Assembly (NCBI RefSeq): GCF_009557235.1
Contig: NZ_CP045650.1
Location: 2,550,001 to 2,582,000 of the forward strand
Length of the DNA: 32,000 nt
Direction of reading: 5' to 3'
Source: Acinetobacter wanghuae
GTDB taxonomy: Bacteria > Pseudomonadota > Gammaproteobacteria > Pseudomonadales > Moraxellaceae
This document shows positions 19,770 to 29,675 of the stretch, piece by piece. Positions within the stretch are counted from its first letter, which is position 1, and the number at the start of each line of letters is the position of its first letter. A program made the translations under genes and the position numbers. Under the pieces are notes generated by a model. It was not told the DNA's origin, did not search any database, and saw only the letters and a program-made list of their open reading frames with translations.

Positions 19770-20150
19770 ATGGTCACACCTGATGACAATAACATGTTCG
19801 ATGTGCTGGAAAAACAGCGCCAACATCAGCTTCAAGTGGATCGTGTCTTCAAAATTGTGCTACCGATTGTCGCATTCTTATTGACTGTGATTTGTTCAAA
19901 CATGAGCATATGGTCAACCCTGTTTACCTTTATTGTACTGTGGATTGCCTTTTATGCAGTCGGCATTAAACGCTTGCCCATTTGGCATTGGGTGATCGTT
20001 ATTCTGATCTATGCCCTCATAGACAATATTTTATATTATGGTCAATTTAAGCAAGGTGGCTTTAGCCGTCACTTTGGCACCATGTTTATCTTCTTAGGCA
20101 TTGTCGGCATTGGTCGTCCTTACTTTGACCGTTGGCTGATGAAAAAATAA
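19770..20150 (+). CDS. Hypothetical small membrane protein
   Basis: 126 aa with 3 to 4 hydrophobic segments. A strong bidirectional terminator follows it. I recognised no family. Confidence 0.55.
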   Translation: MVTPDDNNMFDVLEKQRQHQLQVDRVFKIVLPIVAFLLTVICSNMSIWSTLFTFIVLWIAFYAVGIKRLPIWHWVIVILIYALIDNILYYGQFKQGGFSRHFGTMFIFLGIVGIGRPYFDRWLMKK

Positions 20151-20169
20151 TTCAGTAAATGTTTGATAT

Positions 20170-20199
20170 AAAAAAAAGCGCCCATCGGCGCTTTTTTTA
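20170..20199. terminator. Bidirectional terminator between the convergent hypothetical membrane protein gene and fadD
   Basis: AAAAAAA-GCGCC-CATC-GGCGC-TTTTTTT. Confidence 0.85.
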
Positions 20200-20208
20200 G
20201 TTCTTGCA

Positions 20209-21885
20209 TTATGCTGTTTTACGTAAATCTTTACGTAGAATTTTACCTACATTGGATTTTGGTAATTCATCAAGGAATTCGACATAACGAGGACGTTTAT
20301 AGCCTGTTAAGTTTTCTTTCGCAAATGCCAAGACTTCTTCTGTAGTCAAAGATGGATCTTTTTTCACAACAAACAGTTTAGGCACTTCACCTGATTTTTC
20401 ATCTGGCACACCAATTGCCGCCACTTCTAACACTTTCGGATGTTGCGAAACAACTTCTTCAATTTCAGATGGATAAACATTGAAACCAGACACCAAAATC
20501 ATGTCTTTTTTACGGTCTACAATCTTCACATAGCCGCGTGCATCCATGACACCAATGTCACCCGTACGGAAGAAACCATTGGTCATGACTTTTTCAGTTT
20601 CATCTGGACGGTTCCAATAGCCTTTCATGACTTGAGGACCACGAATCGAGATTTCACCTTGTTCACCAAGCGCAACTTCATTGCCATCATCATCTAAGAT
20701 TGCAACTTCAGTTAAAGGCAATGGAATACCGATCGTGCCGCTAAATTCTTCAGACGCAGGTGGATTCGCTGTTGCAACAGGTGATGTTTCTGATAAACCA
20801 TAACCTTCAGTAATGTTGGTACCTGTCACTTTCTTCCATGCTGCTGCAGTTGAAGGCAGTACAGCCATACCACCGCCCATCGCCATTTTTAATTTGCTGT
20901 GATCAAGTTGTTTAAACTCTTCGTTGTTCACAAGCGCATTAAATAATGTATTTACAGCTGGGAAGAATGACGGTTGATATTTACGTAATTCTTTAATGAC
21001 CGCAGGTAAGTCACGTGGATTTGGAATCAATACGTTGGCTTGACCTTTGTACATACCGTAAAGTGCACACACCATAAATGCAAAGATGTGATAAAGCGGT
21101 AATGCACAGAAGATACGGTCATCAGGTTGACCATCTTGTGCGCCAAATTTACTTTGGAAGATCCCATCACACTGCAACATGTTGGCTACAAGGTTACGAT
21201 GGGTCAGCTCTGCACCTTTCGATACACCCGTTGTACCACCTGTATATTGCAGCACAGCCGTGTCGCTTAAAGTTAATTCAGGGCGTTTATAATTGCTTGC
21301 ACTGACTTTCGACATCGCAGCATTAAATTTGATGTGACCCGGAATATTCCACGCAGGAATCTGTTTACGTACCGAACGCAGTACGAAATTCACCAATGTA
21401 CCTTTTAACGTACCGAGCATGTCACCGACTGAAGCAACAACGACATGCTTCACAGGTGTTTTACCAATAATCGCTTGATACACTGAAGCAAAGTTTTCAA
21501 TAATAACCAATGCTTCTGCGCCTGAGTCATTTAACTGATGTTCAAGTTCACGTGATGTATAGAGTGGATTTACATTCACTAAAACAAGACCTGCACGGAA
21601 TACAGCCAATGCCACGATTGGATATTGCAAAACGTTCGGCATCATCACCGCAACGCGTGAGCCTTTTGGTAAACCTAAGCTTTGTAAATACGTTGCAAAC
21701 TTACGACTCGCTTCTTCTAATTCATTAAAAGTCAGCACTTTATCCATAAAGATAAAGGCATCACGTGAGCCAAATTTTTGGAAATTGCGTTCAAACACAT
21801 CAACCAAAGACGTGTTTTCAGCGGGTAATTCTACAGTTTGTGGGATCCCTGTTTTCTGATATTCAGCAAACCAAATCTTTTCCAT
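20209..21885 (-). CDS. fadD: Long-chain fatty acid-CoA ligase
   Basis: AMP-binding signature LQYTGGTTGVSKGA, plus GYGLSETSP and a C-terminal ...PKSNVGKILRKDLR. The ATG at 21885 (MEKIWFAEYQ...) follows GGAGAA. The track start at 21936 is a TTG. Confidence 0.9.
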   Translation of the reverse strand: MEKIWFAEYQKTGIPQTVELPAENTSLVDVFERNFQKFGSRDAFIFMDKVLTFNELEEASRKFATYLQSLGLPKGSRVAVMMPNVLQYPIVALAVFRAGLVLVNVNPLYTSRELEHQLNDSGAEALVIIENFASVYQAIIGKTPVKHVVVASVGDMLGTLKGTLVNFVLRSVRKQIPAWNIPGHIKFNAAMSKVSASNYKRPELTLSDTAVLQYTGGTTGVSKGAELTHRNLVANMLQCDGIFQSKFGAQDGQPDDRIFCALPLYHIFAFMVCALYGMYKGQANVLIPNPRDLPAVIKELRKYQPSFFPAVNTLFNALVNNEEFKQLDHSKLKMAMGGGMAVLPSTAAAWKKVTGTNITEGYGLSETSPVATANPPASEEFSGTIGIPLPLTEVAILDDDGNEVALGEQGEISIRGPQVMKGYWNRPDETEKVMTNGFFRTGDIGVMDARGYVKIVDRKKDMILVSGFNVYPSEIEEVVSQHPKVLEVAAIGVPDEKSGEVPKLFVVKKDPSLTTEEVLAFAKENLTGYKRPRYVEFLDELPKSNVGKILRKDLRKTA

Positions 21886-21935
21886 AATGCCAATTTCTCC
21901 AATCATAATCCTTAGAATTTCAACTGTTTTTTTCA

Positions 21936-22030
21936 ATGTCGCGCGTCATTTTTGAATTTGTTTATACGCGACATTGCATCCATGTTGTCGAAGTCGTAAC
22001 CATATATAACGTATTTCAACAGATGGATGC
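21936..22030. repeat. Two adjacent 8-bp-arm inverted repeats between the parC stop and the fadD start
   Basis: ATGTCGCG-N23-CGCGACAT at 21936..21974, and GCATCCAT(+GTTG)-...-(CAAC+)ATGGATGC at 21976..22030. Confidence 0.6.
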
Positions 22031-22035
22031 TAGTA

Positions 22036-24255
22036 TTATCTTTGAATCAACAGTTTATTTGCTTTTTGATATCCGCGTGGTAATAGCTGACCTTTAGCTC
22101 CTCTTTTACCCACATATTTCAGCAAATCATCCCCTTTTAATTTTAGTTGTTGTTGTCCTGCAAGCACTTGAATTATTTCATCTAAGTTTAAAGTTGTCAT
22201 GGATAAAATTTGATCTTTCGCCTCAAGTTGTATCAATTTATTACCTTTACCTTTGTTCAGTACAGGCAATTCTGATAAATCCATCACAAGTAATCGACCT
22301 GCTGTGCTTAAAACCGCTAAATGCGTTGCATTTTCAATGATCTGTAAATTCATTGCTGCTGCATCTTCAGGCACGGTCAAGAAGGCTTTACCCGCTTTAG
22401 CATTGGTATCAAGCTGTTTAGCAAGGGTTTTAAAGCCATAACCTTTATTGCTCACAGCTAAAATTTCGGTTTCATCCTCTGCGACCAAGACTTGTTTAAA
22501 ACCAATACCACTTGCAGGTGATAATTTTGAACTTAAAGGTTCACCGAGTCCGCGAGCAGATGGCAAATTATTGATTGGCAATGCATAACTACGCCCAGCT
22601 TCATCGAATACATAGACACGTTGGTTCGATTTACCTTGCGCATGACTTAAGTACTGATCACCCGCACGGAAGTTTAGATTTTCGGCATCAACATCATGCC
22701 CTTTGGCACAACGAATCCAACCTGCTTCTGATAAAACAACAGTCACAGGATCGGCAGGCAACATGTCATTTTCGTTAATGGCTTGTGCTTCTGCACGATG
22801 TACCAATGGCGAACGACGATCATCACCAAAACGTTTGGCATCATCTTTCAGTTCATTAATAATCAATGCTTTGAGTGATTCAGGATTTGCCAGTTGTTCA
22901 CGAATAATGGCTGCTTTTGCTTCAAGTTCTTCTTGTTCAGTCCGCATTTCCATTTCTTCAAGCTTCGCCAAATGACGAAGTTTCAGTTCTAAAATAGCTT
23001 CAGCTTGAACTTCGTCAATGCCAAATCGCTCCATGAGCACAGGTTTTGGTTGATCTTGTTCACGAATAATCTGAATCACTTCATCAATATTCAAATAGGC
23101 AATAATTAAACCGCCCAAAATATGCAGACGTTTTTCAATCTTATTTAAATGATATTGCAGACGGCGTGTGACCGTCGTTTTACGAATTTCGATCCATTCC
23201 AAGAGAATTTTACGAATCGATTTAACTTGCGGGCGACCATCCGCACCAATCATATTCATATTGACACGATAGCTCGATTCTAAATCGGTCGTCGCAAACA
23301 AATGACTCATCACCGCTTCAGCATCAATACGGTTTGAACGTAAAACAATAACTAAACGCGTTGGATTGGCATGATCGGATTCATCACGAACATCGCTCAC
23401 CAATGGCAGTTTCTTCGCCTGCATTTGATCGGCAATTTGGGTAATGATTTTTGAACCTGATACCTGATATGGCAATTCAGTAATCACGATTTCATTTTTA
23501 TCAACCGTATAGACCGCACGCATGCGATAGCTACCACGACCCGTCACTTGAATTTTCAGTAAGTCTGCAGCGGGGGTAATAATTTCCGCTTTAGTCGGTA
23601 AATCAGGCGCTGGAATATATTCTGAAATTTTTTCATCGGTCAGATTCGGGTTACGAATGAGCGCGATGGTGCCTTTGACCACTTCACGTAAATTATGCGG
23701 TGGAATATCGGTTGCCATCCCGACGGCAATACCCGTTGTACCATTGAGTAAAATATTCGGTACACGCGCAGGCAAATTAATCGGCTCTTTCATTGAACCG
23801 TCAAAGTTGTCCTGCCACTCACAGGTGCCTTGACCAAGTTCCGACAATAACAACTCACTATATTGCGACAGCTTGGCTTCGGTATAACGCATCGCAGCGA
23901 AAGACTTCGGATCATCGGGTGAACCCCAGTTGCCTTGCCCTTCAATAAACGGATAGCGATAACTAAATGGCTGCGCCATCAGTACCATCGCTTCATAACA
24001 CGCAGAGTCACCATGTGGATGGTATTTACCCAGTACATCACCGACCGTACGTGCCGATTTTTTCGGTTTGCTGGTCCACTTTAAACCAAGTTCACTCATC
24101 GCATAGACAATACGACGCTGCACGGGTTTTAAACCGTCACTGATATGCGGTAATGCACGATCCATAATCACGTACATGGCATAGTTTAAGTAAGCTTGTT
24201 CGGTAAATTCCGCTACGGAACGGTTTTCTGTCGCATGATGCGCAAGGCTTGTCAT
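22036..24255 (-). CDS. parC: DNA topoisomerase IV subunit A
   Basis: 739 aa with ...[24 protein letters not shown]...[16 protein letters not shown]...AMRYTEAKL (catalytic Tyr region). The length and the lack of a GyrA-box fit ParC. Confidence 0.92.
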   Translation of the reverse strand: MTSLAHHATENRSVAEFTEQAYLNYAMYVIMDRALPHISDGLKPVQRRIVYAMSELGLKWTSKPKKSARTVGDVLGKYHPHGDSACYEAMVLMAQPFSYRYPFIEGQGNWGSPDDPKSFAAMRYTEAKLSQYSELLLSELGQGTCEWQDNFDGSMKEPINLPARVPNILLNGTTGIAVGMATDIPPHNLREVVKGTIALIRNPNLTDEKISEYIPAPDLPTKAEIITPAADLLKIQVTGRGSYRMRAVYTVDKNEIVITELPYQVSGSKIITQIADQMQAKKLPLVSDVRDESDHANPTRLVIVLRSNRIDAEAVMSHLFATTDLESSYRVNMNMIGADGRPQVKSIRKILLEWIEIRKTTVTRRLQYHLNKIEKRLHILGGLIIAYLNIDEVIQIIREQDQPKPVLMERFGIDEVQAEAILELKLRHLAKLEEMEMRTEQEELEAKAAIIREQLANPESLKALIINELKDDAKRFGDDRRSPLVHRAEAQAINENDMLPADPVTVVLSEAGWIRCAKGHDVDAENLNFRAGDQYLSHAQGKSNQRVYVFDEAGRSYALPINNLPSARGLGEPLSSKLSPASGIGFKQVLVAEDETEILAVSNKGYGFKTLAKQLDTNAKAGKAFLTVPEDAAAMNLQIIENATHLAVLSTAGRLLVMDLSELPVLNKGKGNKLIQLEAKDQILSMTTLNLDEIIQVLAGQQQLKLKGDDLLKYVGKRGAKGQLLPRGYQKANKLLIQR

Positions 24256-24421
24256 AACAACCTATATTCCTAATTCATTCGTTTTTGTATCAATGTTTGT
24301 TATGCTAAGTCGCAGCTGTCCACGGCACAAGGGCATGAAATGACACAGCGCGACAATTTATGTCTTATGGCGTAAAAATATCCATTTTAAACGCCCTAAG
24401 CAACTAAAAAATCATCAGAGA

Positions 24422-25741
24422 CTACACGTCCATCGATTCTAAGCGTTTGCCTTTGGTTTCTTCACCCAAGACTAAAATAATCAATGCAACCGCCACCAAG
24501 ACCACCGTAAACATCGTGAAGACATAACTAAAACCTTGCGGGAATACCATCAAATGCGTCACTGCAAAAGGTGCAGCGATCCCACCGATTCGACCAATCG
24601 CACCTGCCCACCCCGAACCAAAGGCACGAATATGGGTTGGATATTGTTCTGGTGTATACGTGTATAACACACCCCAAGCGCCTAAGTTGAAAAAGGACAT
24701 GAAACAACCCCAAATCATAATATCGGTCACACTGTCTGCTTGCCCAAAGAAGTAAGCCGATAAGGCACACATACCAATAAATCCGGCTAAGGTTGCCTTA
24801 CGTCCTAATTTTTCCACCAACCATGCGGCAGCGATATAACCCGGCAATTGTGCCAAGATCATCATTAATACATATTCAAAGGATTGTACGATGGTGTAAC
24901 CCTGCTTGACCAACAAGCTTGGTAACCATGTGAAAATGCCATAGTAGGAAAATACAATACCGAACCAAATGAGCCATAACATTAAAGTACGGCGTGCTAA
25001 AACACCTGACCATAATTGCGAAAATGACAAACTTGGTTTTTCCGCAATGGCTTGAACTTGGAAAATCTCAATGACTTGTACGCCACATTTTTTCTCAATG
25101 TCTTTGACTAAAGCATGCGCTTCATCAATCCGACCACGTTGAATTAAGAATGGGATCGATTCAGGTACATATTTCCAAATCACAATTGCATAAAATGCAG
25201 GAATACCACCAATTAGAAATGCCGCTTGCCAACCAAAATCAGGAATGACAAAGCGCGATACTAACGCAGCAACCAGCCAGCCTAAGCCCCAAAAACTTTC
25301 GAGTAAAACAATGAAACGACCACGCACATGAGCAGGAATATATTCACTTACTAAGGTCACAGCGACAGGAAGTTGCCCACCCAAACCTAAGCCGACAATA
25401 AAGCGAAAAACTAACAGCCACGTTAAATTTGGCGCAAAAGCACATGCGGCTGTGGCAAGGCTATAAATCACCAAAGTCAGTGCAAAAACAGTTTTACGCC
25501 CAAATCGATCTGCCAATGCACCCGAGCAAATTGCCCCAATGGCCATACCAATAAAGCCAATGGATACCACCCAACTTTTATGCTCAGCAGTCATTTGCCA
25601 GTCTTCAGACATTTTTGCCAAAATAAAGGAAATCAGCCCCGTATCCATGGCATCAAACATCCAGCCCAACCCAATGACGAGCAGCAACATATAGTGAAAC
25701 TTACCGATCGGTAAACGCTGTATTCGAGAAACTAAATCCAT
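24422..25741 (-). CDS. MFS transporter (sugar-porter/metabolite:H+ symporter-like)
   Basis: About 439 aa from the ATG at 25741 (MDLVSRIQRLPIGKFHY...). It has 12 TM segments and MFS motif A GALADRFGRKTVF. Substrate unknown. Confidence 0.8.
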   Translation of the reverse strand: MDLVSRIQRLPIGKFHYMLLLVIGLGWMFDAMDTGLISFILAKMSEDWQMTAEHKSWVVSIGFIGMAIGAICSGALADRFGRKTVFALTLVIYSLATAACAFAPNLTWLLVFRFIVGLGLGGQLPVAVTLVSEYIPAHVRGRFIVLLESFWGLGWLVAALVSRFVIPDFGWQAAFLIGGIPAFYAIVIWKYVPESIPFLIQRGRIDEAHALVKDIEKKCGVQVIEIFQVQAIAEKPSLSFSQLWSGVLARRTLMLWLIWFGIVFSYYGIFTWLPSLLVKQGYTIVQSFEYVLMMILAQLPGYIAAAWLVEKLGRKATLAGFIGMCALSAYFFGQADSVTDIMIWGCFMSFFNLGAWGVLYTYTPEQYPTHIRAFGSGWAGAIGRIGGIAAPFAVTHLMVFPQGFSYVFTMFTVVLVAVALIILVLGEETKGKRLESMDV

Positions 25742-25825
25742 AAACACATCTCTATTTGGGTGATACGAGAGAAGCTGCATGTGCAGCGCAAAATTAGACC
25801 GTTTTTTATAATGAAATGAACATAT

Positions 25826-25850
25826 AAAAACGAGGCGCTTAAGCCCCGCT
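25826..25850 (-). terminator. Probable terminator downstream of the TRIC/UPF0126 gene
   Basis: The minus strand reads CGGGGC-TTAAGC-GCCTCG (6 bp including one G-U pair) followed by TTTTT. Confidence 0.5.
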
Positions 25851-25870
25851 ATTTTAAAATAAAGCGCTAA

Positions 25871-26515
25871 TTAATTCGCGTCTTTAGAGGATGCGGATTG
25901 TTCATCATCCTCTTTATAAATGAATTTAGGCATCTCAAGACCGAAATAAATCGCGAGAATACGGAGACTAAAACCAAACACTAAGGTTGATACAATGGTG
26001 ATTTCAAGCGATAAGTCCCAATTGCGACACAGCCAATAGAAAATCACTGCAACAAAGGAAATACTGGCATACAGTTCACGTCGGAACACTAAAGGCACAT
26101 CATTACACAAGATATCGCGGATAATCCCACCCGATACCCCTGTGAGCACACCTGCAACGGCGCACACCACAAAACCATGCCCCATCTCTAAGGCAATTTG
26201 GCAACCAATGATGGTAAAGCCAATTAAGCCTAAAGCATCCAGTGCCAAGAAGATATTACGTAAATGACGCATCCATTTGGCAATGATAATCGTCACAAAG
26301 GCGGCACAACAGGTCAGTACCAAATATTCAGGATGCTTAACCCACGTTAATGGATAGTGCCCAAGTAAAACGTCGCGAACAGAACCACCACCCAATGCCG
26401 TGACACAGGCAATAATCATGACCCCAAACCAATCCATACTTCGCCGACCTGCGGACAACGCACCCGTCATCGCTTCAGCTGTAATGGCAACAATATAGAT
26501 AATGGTCAACAACAT
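25871..26515 (-). CDS. Trimeric intracellular cation channel-like (UPF0126/YadS) membrane protein
   Basis: 214 aa with two internal repeats, each carrying the glycine-rich motif (ALGGGSVRDVLLG / GVSGGIIRDILCN) characteristic of UPF0126. Confidence 0.78.
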   Translation of the reverse strand: MLLTIIYIVAITAEAMTGALSAGRRSMDWFGVMIIACVTALGGGSVRDVLLGHYPLTWVKHPEYLVLTCCAAFVTIIIAKWMRHLRNIFLALDALGLIGFTIIGCQIALEMGHGFVVCAVAGVLTGVSGGIIRDILCNDVPLVFRRELYASISFVAVIFYWLCRNWDLSLEITIVSTLVFGFSLRILAIYFGLEMPKFIYKEDDEQSASSKDAN

Positions 26516-26576
26516 CGCCTTACTTCCGATTGAGGCTTTGAGATGGCGGCTATTCTAAGCTAAATCAGTGTGGAAT

Positions 26577-27041
26577 TTATAAAAATTGCGCACAACATTG
26601 TTTAAATTTTTTGCCCGAACCACAAATACACGCTTGTTTCATGGTGATGGTTTGCTCTGTGGTTGGATCAAGAAAATACCAAAGCCCATCCTGCCGCACA
26701 AAGTGCGAACGTTCGTGATGAATTTGGGTTTGCTTGCCATCATGATAATGCGCTTTAAATTCGACCAATGCATGTGTTTTGTCGAGCTTTTCATTGGCTT
26801 GAACAATTTCAAGTTTGAGCCATTGATTCGTCCTGCTCCAATCTGCAATCGCTTGCATATCCAAAGCTTGTTGCTGCCCCAAAGCTGTCGTGTTTTGAAT
26901 ATAGTTTATTTCATGCTTAGCAAAGGCACTATAACGAGAACGCATGAGTTGTTCTGCACTCGTTGCGACCGCTTGACCCAAATGTAAGGGCTGACAACAA
27001 TTTTCGTATTCACCTTGCCCACATGGACATGCATCTGACAT
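26577..27041 (-). CDS. ychJ: YchJ family protein (UPF0225) with SEC-C metal-binding motifs
   Basis: 154 aa with N-terminal CPCGQGEYENCC and C-terminal CICGSGKKFKQCC SEC-C motifs flanking an NTF2-like core. Confidence 0.8.
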   Translation of the reverse strand: MSDACPCGQGEYENCCQPLHLGQAVATSAEQLMRSRYSAFAKHEINYIQNTTALGQQQALDMQAIADWSRTNQWLKLEIVQANEKLDKTHALVEFKAHYHDGKQTQIHHERSHFVRQDGLWYFLDPTTEQTITMKQACICGSGKKFKQCCAQFL

Positions 27042-27049
27042 AAAAATTC

Positions 27050-27082
27050 CAAAAAAATAGCCCGTATGAACGGGCTATTTTA
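27050..27082 (-). terminator. Rho-independent terminator downstream of the TerC/CBS gene
   Basis: The minus strand reads TAGCCCG-TTCATA-CGGGCTA followed by T7. It lies about 35 nt after the stop at 27115. Confidence 0.85.
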
Positions 27083-27114
27083 GCAAAATTGCGAGTGAAC
27101 TAGATAAATTGAAC

Positions 27115-28692
27115 TTAGTCTTTCGCTACAGGTTGTGCGGTGATGTGGACTTTATCAATCTTATGTCCATCCATGGTCACGACTTCAAAAATATGACCAT
27201 CGGCTTCGAATTTTTCACCGTTATGCGGTAATCGCGCCATATGGAATAAGATATAACCTGATAAAGTCGAGTATTCTTCGGCTTCATTGACCAAGTCACG
27301 TCCAATTAATAACGAGACGTGGCGAATATCGGTTGAACCTTCAAGCAACAAACTACCATCATCGAGGCTTTCTGCTGCTGTATCTAACTCATCTTCATCA
27401 GGGAACTCACCGGCAATTGCTTCAAGCACGTCAATTGGCGTTGCAATCCCTTCAATCGAACCATATTCGTTTAACACAATTGCCATTTGTAGCGGTGCTT
27501 GGCGTAATTGATCCATCACCATAAGCACTTGCGCATTTTCATGCACAATCACAGGTTCACGTAAGTGTTTTTCAAGTTCTAAATGACCGGTTTCAATAAA
27601 ATCATTGAGCACACGATGTGTCAGTACTACACCTGCAATATTATCAAGTTCACCACGCGCAACAATTAAACGTGAATGACTGGTGCTTAACAAATTGGCT
27701 TTTACAACTTCAGGATCTTCGTCTAAATCAATCCATTCGAGTTCTGGACGTGGTGTCATCACTGATTTGACGGGACGCTCAGAAAGCCCCAATACACCTT
27801 GTACCATCACACTGTGATAGGCACCATTTTCATCATCAAACACTTCATCGGCAAAAGCACGTGTTGCAAGGACATCTTCCGGCTCCGCATGTTCAGGATC
27901 TTGTGCAGACTTACCACCGAGCATACGCATCACAGCGGACGCTGTACGGTAACGTAAATCAGTTGTGGTCACGAGTTTCTCTTGATTACGACGCATTGAT
28001 TGGTTAATAAATTCAACTACGACAGAGAAACCAATGGCTGCATATAAGTAACCTTTTGGAATATGGAAACCGAAGCCTTCCACCACCAAAGAGAAACCGA
28101 TCATCATTAAGAAGCCAAGGCACAGAATCACCACAGTTGGATGCTTATTCACAAAGTCCATTAATGGTTTTGATGCCCACAGCATGACACCCACGGCAAT
28201 CACAACAGCTGTCATCATCACAGAAAGATCTTTCACCATCCCCACAGCAGTGATCACACTATCGAGTGAGAATACGGCGTCAAGCACCACAATCTGTACA
28301 ATCACCATCCAAAATACTGCATGGACAGGATTTTCTTCTTTTAATACCGGTTTAGCTTCTAAGCGCTCATGCAGTTCCATGGTGCCTTTAAACAAGAGGA
28401 ATACACCACCGAACAATAAAATCAGATCACGACCTGAGAATGCATGATCAAATACATAGAACATTGGATCGGTTAATGTCACCACCCAAGCAATGGATGC
28501 CAACAGGATCAGACGCATAATTAAGGCTAAACATAGCCCGACTACTCGTGCTGTACCACGTTGTTCTGGTGGAAGTTTTTCTGCCAAAATCGCAATAAAA
28601 ACAAGGTTATCAATACCAAGTACAATTTCGAGCACAATCAGTGTAAGTAGACCTACCCATGCAGATGGATCTGACATCCATTCGAAGATCAT
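27115..28692 (-). CDS. TerC-family integral membrane domain fused to CBS pair and CorC/HlyC C-terminal domain (YoaE-like)
   Basis: 525 aa. The N-terminal half has TerC-like TM segments ([33 protein letters not shown]). The C-terminal half is CBS/CorC-like ([14 protein letters not shown]..., ...[16 protein letters not shown]). AGGAGA ribosome-binding site. Confidence 0.82.
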   Translation of the reverse strand: MIFEWMSDPSAWVGLLTLIVLEIVLGIDNLVFIAILAEKLPPEQRGTARVVGLCLALIMRLILLASIAWVVTLTDPMFYVFDHAFSGRDLILLFGGVFLLFKGTMELHERLEAKPVLKEENPVHAVFWMVIVQIVVLDAVFSLDSVITAVGMVKDLSVMMTAVVIAVGVMLWASKPLMDFVNKHPTVVILCLGFLMMIGFSLVVEGFGFHIPKGYLYAAIGFSVVVEFINQSMRRNQEKLVTTTDLRYRTASAVMRMLGGKSAQDPEHAEPEDVLATRAFADEVFDDENGAYHSVMVQGVLGLSERPVKSVMTPRPELEWIDLDEDPEVVKANLLSTSHSRLIVARGELDNIAGVVLTHRVLNDFIETGHLELEKHLREPVIVHENAQVLMVMDQLRQAPLQMAIVLNEYGSIEGIATPIDVLEAIAGEFPDEDELDTAAESLDDGSLLLEGSTDIRHVSLLIGRDLVNEAEEYSTLSGYILFHMARLPHNGEKFEADGHIFEVVTMDGHKIDKVHITAQPVAKD

Positions 28693-28759
28693 TGTGTCAT
28701 CTCCTGCATGTCATGCATTGTATATACAACTTTAAGTCCATGAATTTGGCTTAATTTTG

Positions 28760-28788
28760 CATATATTTTGATTTTATCTGTGTGACAA
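28760..28788 (-). promoter_or_regulatory. Sigma70-like promoter for the TerC/CBS gene
   Basis: The minus strand reads TTGTCA-17 nt-TATATG. The -10 element ends about 67 nt upstream of the ATG at 28692. Confidence 0.4.
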
Positions 28789-28998
28789 TCTGTTTGGTGA
28801 TAGCACCAACTTCCACTACCCATGTTCGTTCTATTGTTGTGAAAAACATTTTCAGTATAACAAGAACAAGCTGAAATTCACCTGTTTTCAATTGTGTCAT
28901 TTTTGATTTTAAAAAATACACAATCACTCACCTCTTTGTCATATTTTTTGTTTAAGCTAGAACGGCAAAATATATTAATGCTAAGGTAAAGAAAATAA

Positions 28999-29619
28999 AT
29001 GCAAAGCGTGGCATCAATGACAGAATTAAATCAAACAATTTCTCCTAAAACGACGCGTCCACTGGTAGCCCTATATTGTGGCTCACGTGCGGGTAACAAA
29101 CCCATTTATCAACAAAAAGCTATTGAATTGGCACAAGGTTTAGCCCAACACGGTTTTGGCTTGGTTTATGGCGGTGCCAGTATTGGCTTAATGGGGCAAG
29201 TGGCAGATGCCATGATGCAACATGGCGGCGAAGTGGTTGGCGTCATTCCTGAATTTATGTTGGACTATGAAATTGCCCACAGTACATTGACTGAACTGCA
29301 TATCGTGCAAAATATGCATGAACGTAAAGCCATGATGGCAGAACGCGCGAGTGCTTTTGTTGCCTTGCCCGGTGGCTTAGGCACTTTTGAAGAAATTTTG
29401 GAAATTGCAACGTGGGGGCAACTCAATCAGCACCAAAAACCCATGATGCTATATAACGTCAATGGCTTCTATAATCCGTTAATCAAACAACTTGATGTTG
29501 CCGTCGAAGAAGGCTTTTTACCTCCACAGCATCGGGCGAAATTAATCATTTGCGAGCACGCTGCACAAATTTATAGCGCGATTAACAATCTCGATTATCC
29601 TGAAAAATTTAGAGCTTAA
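28999..29619 (+). CDS. LOG family protein (TIGR00730; nucleotide 5'-monophosphate nucleosidase / cytokinin riboside 5'-monophosphate phosphoribohydrolase-like)
   Basis: 206 aa with ...VYGGASIGLMG... and the LOG signature PGGLGTFEEILE. Confidence 0.85.
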   Translation: MQSVASMTELNQTISPKTTRPLVALYCGSRAGNKPIYQQKAIELAQGLAQHGFGLVYGGASIGLMGQVADAMMQHGGEVVGVIPEFMLDYEIAHSTLTELHIVQNMHERKAMMAERASAFVALPGGLGTFEEILEIATWGQLNQHQKPMMLYNVNGFYNPLIKQLDVAVEEGFLPPQHRAKLIICEHAAQIYSAINNLDYPEKFRA

Positions 29620-29635
29620 TCCATTCTTTAAGACG

Positions 29636-29665
29636 TAAAAAAAGCGAGCTCTAGGCTCGCTTTTA
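29636..29665. terminator. Bidirectional terminator between the convergent LOG gene and the PiT-like gene
   Basis: AAAAAAA-GCGAGC-TCTAG-GCTCGC-TTTT. Confidence 0.82.
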
Positions 29666-29675
29666 AACACAACAA

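Noticed and set aside
28693-28998. A possible yybP-ykoY (Mn2+) riboswitch in the leader of the TerC-family gene, as is known for some TerC-family and mntP genes.
   Set aside because: I could not find the conserved GGGGAGUAG-type core or the four-way-junction pairing on the minus strand. The likely promoter leaves only about a 60-nt leader. Only a 7-bp inverted repeat (ATTGTGT-N20-ACACAAT, 28891..28924) is present, and it sits nearer the LOG gene. An Infernal scan would be decisive.
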